The translations under genes were made by a program, and so were the position numbers. Positions 35,381-38,005 of a stretch of 38,005 nt of DNA are shown here, piece after piece. Positions within the stretch are counted from its first letter, which is position 1; each line of letters opens with the position of its first letter. This stretch comes from Planctomycetota bacterium. GTDB lineage: Bacteria; Planctomycetota; UBA8108; UBA1146. The DNA lies in NCBI GenBank assembly GCA_036338595.1, contig JAYZBV010000038.1, positions 1-38,005 on the forward strand, written 5' to 3'. The notes below the pieces were generated by a model. That model saw only the letters and a program-made list of their open reading frames with translations. It ran no database searches and was not told where the DNA came from.

Positions 35381-35447
35381 GTCCGGTGATCCCCCAGGTA
35401 CGGATAGATAGGTAGCGGGCGAGTGCCCGCAGGGAGAGCGGGCCCGC
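35381..35447 (+). promoter_or_regulatory. Conserved upstream motif copy 2 (GTCCGG-N14-CGGAT-N6-GTAGCGGGC-N4-GCCCGC-AGGG-N4-CGGGCCCGC)
   Basis: Same blocks and spacing as copy 1; lies upstream of the heme oxygenase. Confidence 0.7.
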
Positions 35448-35481
35448 ACCCCGCGACTTTGAGAAGACAAGGTGGTGAAAC

Positions 35482-36273
35482 ATGACAGACTCCAGGATCA
35501 ACGAAATCGACCGCGAGACGGCCTCCAGCGAGAATACCGATCAGTCCGGCAGCGGACGCTCCGATGCGCCCGCCAACGCCAAGGAAGAGATCACCTTCGC
35601 AAAAAGGCTGCGCGCCGAGACCGCCCAGGCACACCGCTTCGCCGAGTCCACCAACTTCGTCAAGGGCATCTTGAAGGGTGTCATGGACCTCGCCAGCTTC
35701 GGCAACATGCAAGCCGGCATGTACCTCGTCTACGAGGCGTTGGAGGCAGAACTCGAGCGCCACAAGGACGACCCGATCGTCGGCCGCATCTACTTCCCCG
35801 TGCTCAGCCGCAAGGCCGCACTGGAGGCCGATCTCGAGTTCCTCTACGGCGAAGACTGGCACAGCCAGGTGCGCAGCACTCCCGCTCGCAGGGAATATGT
35901 CGAGCGCATCCACTGGCTCGGCGACAACGACCCCACCCTGCTCGTGGCCCACAGTTACACGCGCTACCTCGGAGACCTCTCCGGCGGTCAGGTGATCTCC
36001 AAGATCGCCCGTCGCTCGTTGGGACTCGAGGGCAGCAACGGCCTGACCTTCTTCGATTTTGACGAGATCGAGGACGGCAAGGCATTCAAGAACGAATACC
36101 GCAACCGACTCAGCCAGTTGCCGCTCGACGAAGTCCGTGCACAGGAGGTCATCGAAGAAGCCAAGCAGGCCTTCTCCTTCAACCAGCGCCTCTTCGAGGA
36201 GCTGGAGGGCAGCTGGATCCGCACCCTCGCGAACTTCCTCCCACTCGGTTTTAATAGGCGCAAGCGGGCCTAA
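35482..36273 (+). CDS. Heme oxygenase (biliverdin-producing, cyanobacterial/algal HO1-like)
   Basis: LR.ET..AH..AE (proximal His), LVYEALE, YFP.L.R..ALE.DL.F.YG.DW, LVAHSYTRYLGDLSGGQ distal helix, FK..YR..L, EA..AF.FN..LF.EL. Confidence 0.95.
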   Translation: MTDSRINEIDRETASSENTDQSGSGRSDAPANAKEEITFAKRLRAETAQAHRFAESTNFVKGILKGVMDLASFGNMQAGMYLVYEALEAELERHKDDPIVGRIYFPVLSRKAALEADLEFLYGEDWHSQVRSTPARREYVERIHWLGDNDPTLLVAHSYTRYLGDLSGGQVISKIARRSLGLEGSNGLTFFDFDEIEDGKAFKNEYRNRLSQLPLDEVRAQEVIEEAKQAFSFNQRLFEELEGSWIRTLANFLPLGFNRRKRA

Positions 36274-36325
36274 TCCACGGGCCGGCACAGTTGAGCCAGC
36301 AGAGTGGGACCGGGAGTGTGACACC

Positions 36326-37516
36326 ATGGATATTGTGAGCATGGGCGGCGAGACCGCCGCCCCGGATGCGGATCACGGTTTCGATGCCGAGACCTTCAAG
36401 GAGTTCATCTCCTTCGACGTCGGTGACGGCGATCCAATCTACTACCACAGCGTCGGCAAGCTCTATCGCCAGCCCGGCGGCGAGATCATCGCCGGCGTCG
36501 AGGCGCTGGTGAGCAATCGGCTCGTCAAGATGGAAGGGAACCAGGCAGAGGCAATTTGCCGCACCCTGGTGATCTACCGCGACCCCGACAGCGGCGAGAT
36601 CCTGCAAGAGGATGACGGCCGCCACATCGTCCGCGAATACCCCTACATCACGGCCCGCTTCGAACTGAAGGATCGCCACCTGGTGATTTACACCGAGGGC
36701 CTCAGTGGACCGCATCAGAACGGGCTCTACGGCCTCGCAAGGGTCAGCAACGACAAGGTCTTTGCACAGCGCTCCGGCGACACCACCTTCTTCTACTGGA
36801 CCCTCTACGGCGAGGTCGAGACCCCCATCGGCAAGGTCTGGTTCAACGAGGCCTACAACGGCTCGACCGCTCCCGGCGTGCCCGATGTGATGGTGATGAA
36901 TCGCTACGGCACGCTGCCGGCCTTCGCGGGCATGGGTGACGGCTTCATGCAGACCACCGCCGCTCGCATCGACTCCTACGAGCAGCTCCCCGAGCACCTT
37001 CGCGAGTATGTCGAGGAGCACGCACCCTCACACTGCGCCCCCCCCGTCGATGATGCAGAGATCGAACGACTCAAGCAGGAGTACCTCGGCGACAATCCAC
37101 CCGAGGTGCCGAAGTCAGAGGCCCCCGAGCAGCTGAGCAAGGAGCAGATCGCCGAGGTCGTGGGAGGATACTTCTCGTGCCTGCGCAACATGCAGGTCGA
37201 CGAGTTGCTCGAGCTCTTCAGCGAAGACGCGCTGAGCTGGGATCCCGTCGGCACTCCGCCGTTGCTGGTCCGCGACAAGTCGACCAATTACTTCAAGGCG
37301 CTCTCTGGCTTCTTCGAGAAGATGGCTCTGACCGAGGATGACATGTTCGTGGCGGGGAACGAGGCCGCTGTCCGGTGGACCGGTGTCGCAAAGTTGCGAA
37401 AGAAGGAGAAGGAACTCACCTTCGAGGGAGTCTCTGTCTTCACCGTCAATCCCGATGGATTGATCTCCTGCGTTCGTTCTTACTGGGACAAGAAGACGCT
37501 GATGTCGAGTCTTTGA
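36326..37516 (+). CDS. DUF1838-like domain fused to a C-terminal SnoaL/NTF2-like (KSI-like) domain
   Basis: N-domain G.LY...GGEII.GVE...R.LVIYRDPDSGEIL...RYG.LP...A.RIDSYEQLP..LREYV resembles DUF1838 (from recall). C-domain YF.CL......L.ELFSEDA...DPVG...EAAVRW...FEG.SVF....DGLI...RSYWD is NTF2/SnoaL. ATG at 36326 follows GGAG. Confidence 0.72.
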   Translation: MDIVSMGGETAAPDADHGFDAETFKEFISFDVGDGDPIYYHSVGKLYRQPGGEIIAGVEALVSNRLVKMEGNQAEAICRTLVIYRDPDSGEILQEDDGRHIVREYPYITARFELKDRHLVIYTEGLSGPHQNGLYGLARVSNDKVFAQRSGDTTFFYWTLYGEVETPIGKVWFNEAYNGSTAPGVPDVMVMNRYGTLPAFAGMGDGFMQTTAARIDSYEQLPEHLREYVEEHAPSHCAPPVDDAEIERLKQEYLGDNPPEVPKSEAPEQLSKEQIAEVVGGYFSCLRNMQVDELLELFSEDALSWDPVGTPPLLVRDKSTNYFKALSGFFEKMALTEDDMFVAGNEAAVRWTGVAKLRKKEKELTFEGVSVFTVNPDGLISCVRSYWDKKTLMSSL

Positions 37517-37527
37517 GGAGGAGTGCG

Positions 37528-38005
37528 ATGAACGAAGCAGCCGATGATCCAGCGATGGTAGACCCGGAAAAGTACGCCGCCGTTGCGGATAACTTCGTGT
37601 ATGTCCACCGTGCCCTGCGCCGGGATCTGGCGCGCATCATCGCCGGCGGCGACGAACTCTTCACCAGCGACTTCCCGCGCTTTGCTCGCATCCTCGAGAA
37701 GCACTCGGAACTGGAAGACACGCTCTTCTTCCCTCCCCTGGAGGAACGCGCTCCCGGCTCGACCGGTGCCAGCGTCGATCAGCACCGTCAAATCGAAGCC
37801 CTCGTGGCCACTCTATCGGGCGGCAACTCGACCGACATCCAGGGCGACCTGGCTGCTCTCCAGCAACTGCTGCTGACTCATCTCGATGGTGAGGAGCAGC
37901 AGGTGATGCCGGCGATGATGGAGCACTTCGAGGCGGCCGAGATCTGGGCCCTCGATGGCAGGATCATGGAGTTCTGCTCGCCGGAGTTCATGCAGGAGAT
38001 GATGC
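37528..38005 (+). CDS. Hemerythrin-like HHE cation-binding protein (3'-partial)
   Basis: Manual translation from ATG 37528 (SD GAGGAGGAG): MNEAADD...VHRALRRDL...LEKHSELEDTLFFPPL...DQHRQIE...LTHLDGEEQQVMP..., which gives the H/HxxxE/H/HxxxE pattern. No stop before the window end, so it is missing from the ORF track. Confidence 0.85.
   Translation, partial: MNEAADDPAMVDPEKYAAVADNFVYVHRALRRDLARIIAGGDELFTSDFPRFARILEKHSELEDTLFFPPLEERAPGSTGASVDQHRQIEALVATLSGGNSTDIQGDLAALQQLLLTHLDGEEQQVMPAMMEHFEAAEIWALDGRIMEFCSPEFMQEMM

Noticed and set aside
36059..36325. N-terminal 89 aa of the 485-aa track ORF
   Set aside because: Overlaps the heme oxygenase in another frame with S/R/P-rich junk composition; ATG 36326 has an SD-like GGAG.
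35104..36342. 412-aa minus-strand ORF
   Set aside because: Antisense to the heme oxygenase; explained by the high-GC3 codon bias suppressing stops.

Overview
GC-rich bacterial window, most likely Planctomycetota. This is inferred from the tpiA-secG-yicC-gmk-rpoZ-coaC-coaB order, DUF3500, an AsmA-like protein and two secreted proteins with a planctomycete-type dockerin-like C-terminus. Most of the window is housekeeping or envelope genes (ftcd, alr, tsaB, tpiA, secG, yicC, gmk, rpoZ, split coaC/coaB, ftsK) flanked by large repeat-rich secreted proteins. Five signals are not shown by the ORF track. (1) At the right end is a candidate undescribed heme/bilin or iron system: an unannotated 37-aa membrane microprotein, a cyanobacterial-type heme oxygenase, a DUF1838-like/SnoaL fusion and a hemerythrin (HHE) protein. 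(2) The first two genes of that cluster share an identically spaced upstream motif, GTCCGG-N14-CGGAT-N6-GTAGCGGGC-N4-GCCYGC. (3) A thioredoxin-fold selenoprotein (W-U-G-P-C with a SECIS-like hairpin) is split into two ORFs by the track. (4) A structured ~145-nt ncRNA candidate with two C(UUCG)G hairpins sits in front of its own terminator. (5) A degenerate C2H2 zinc-finger-like insert lies inside FTCD. No rRNA, tRNA, CRISPR array or transposase was seen.
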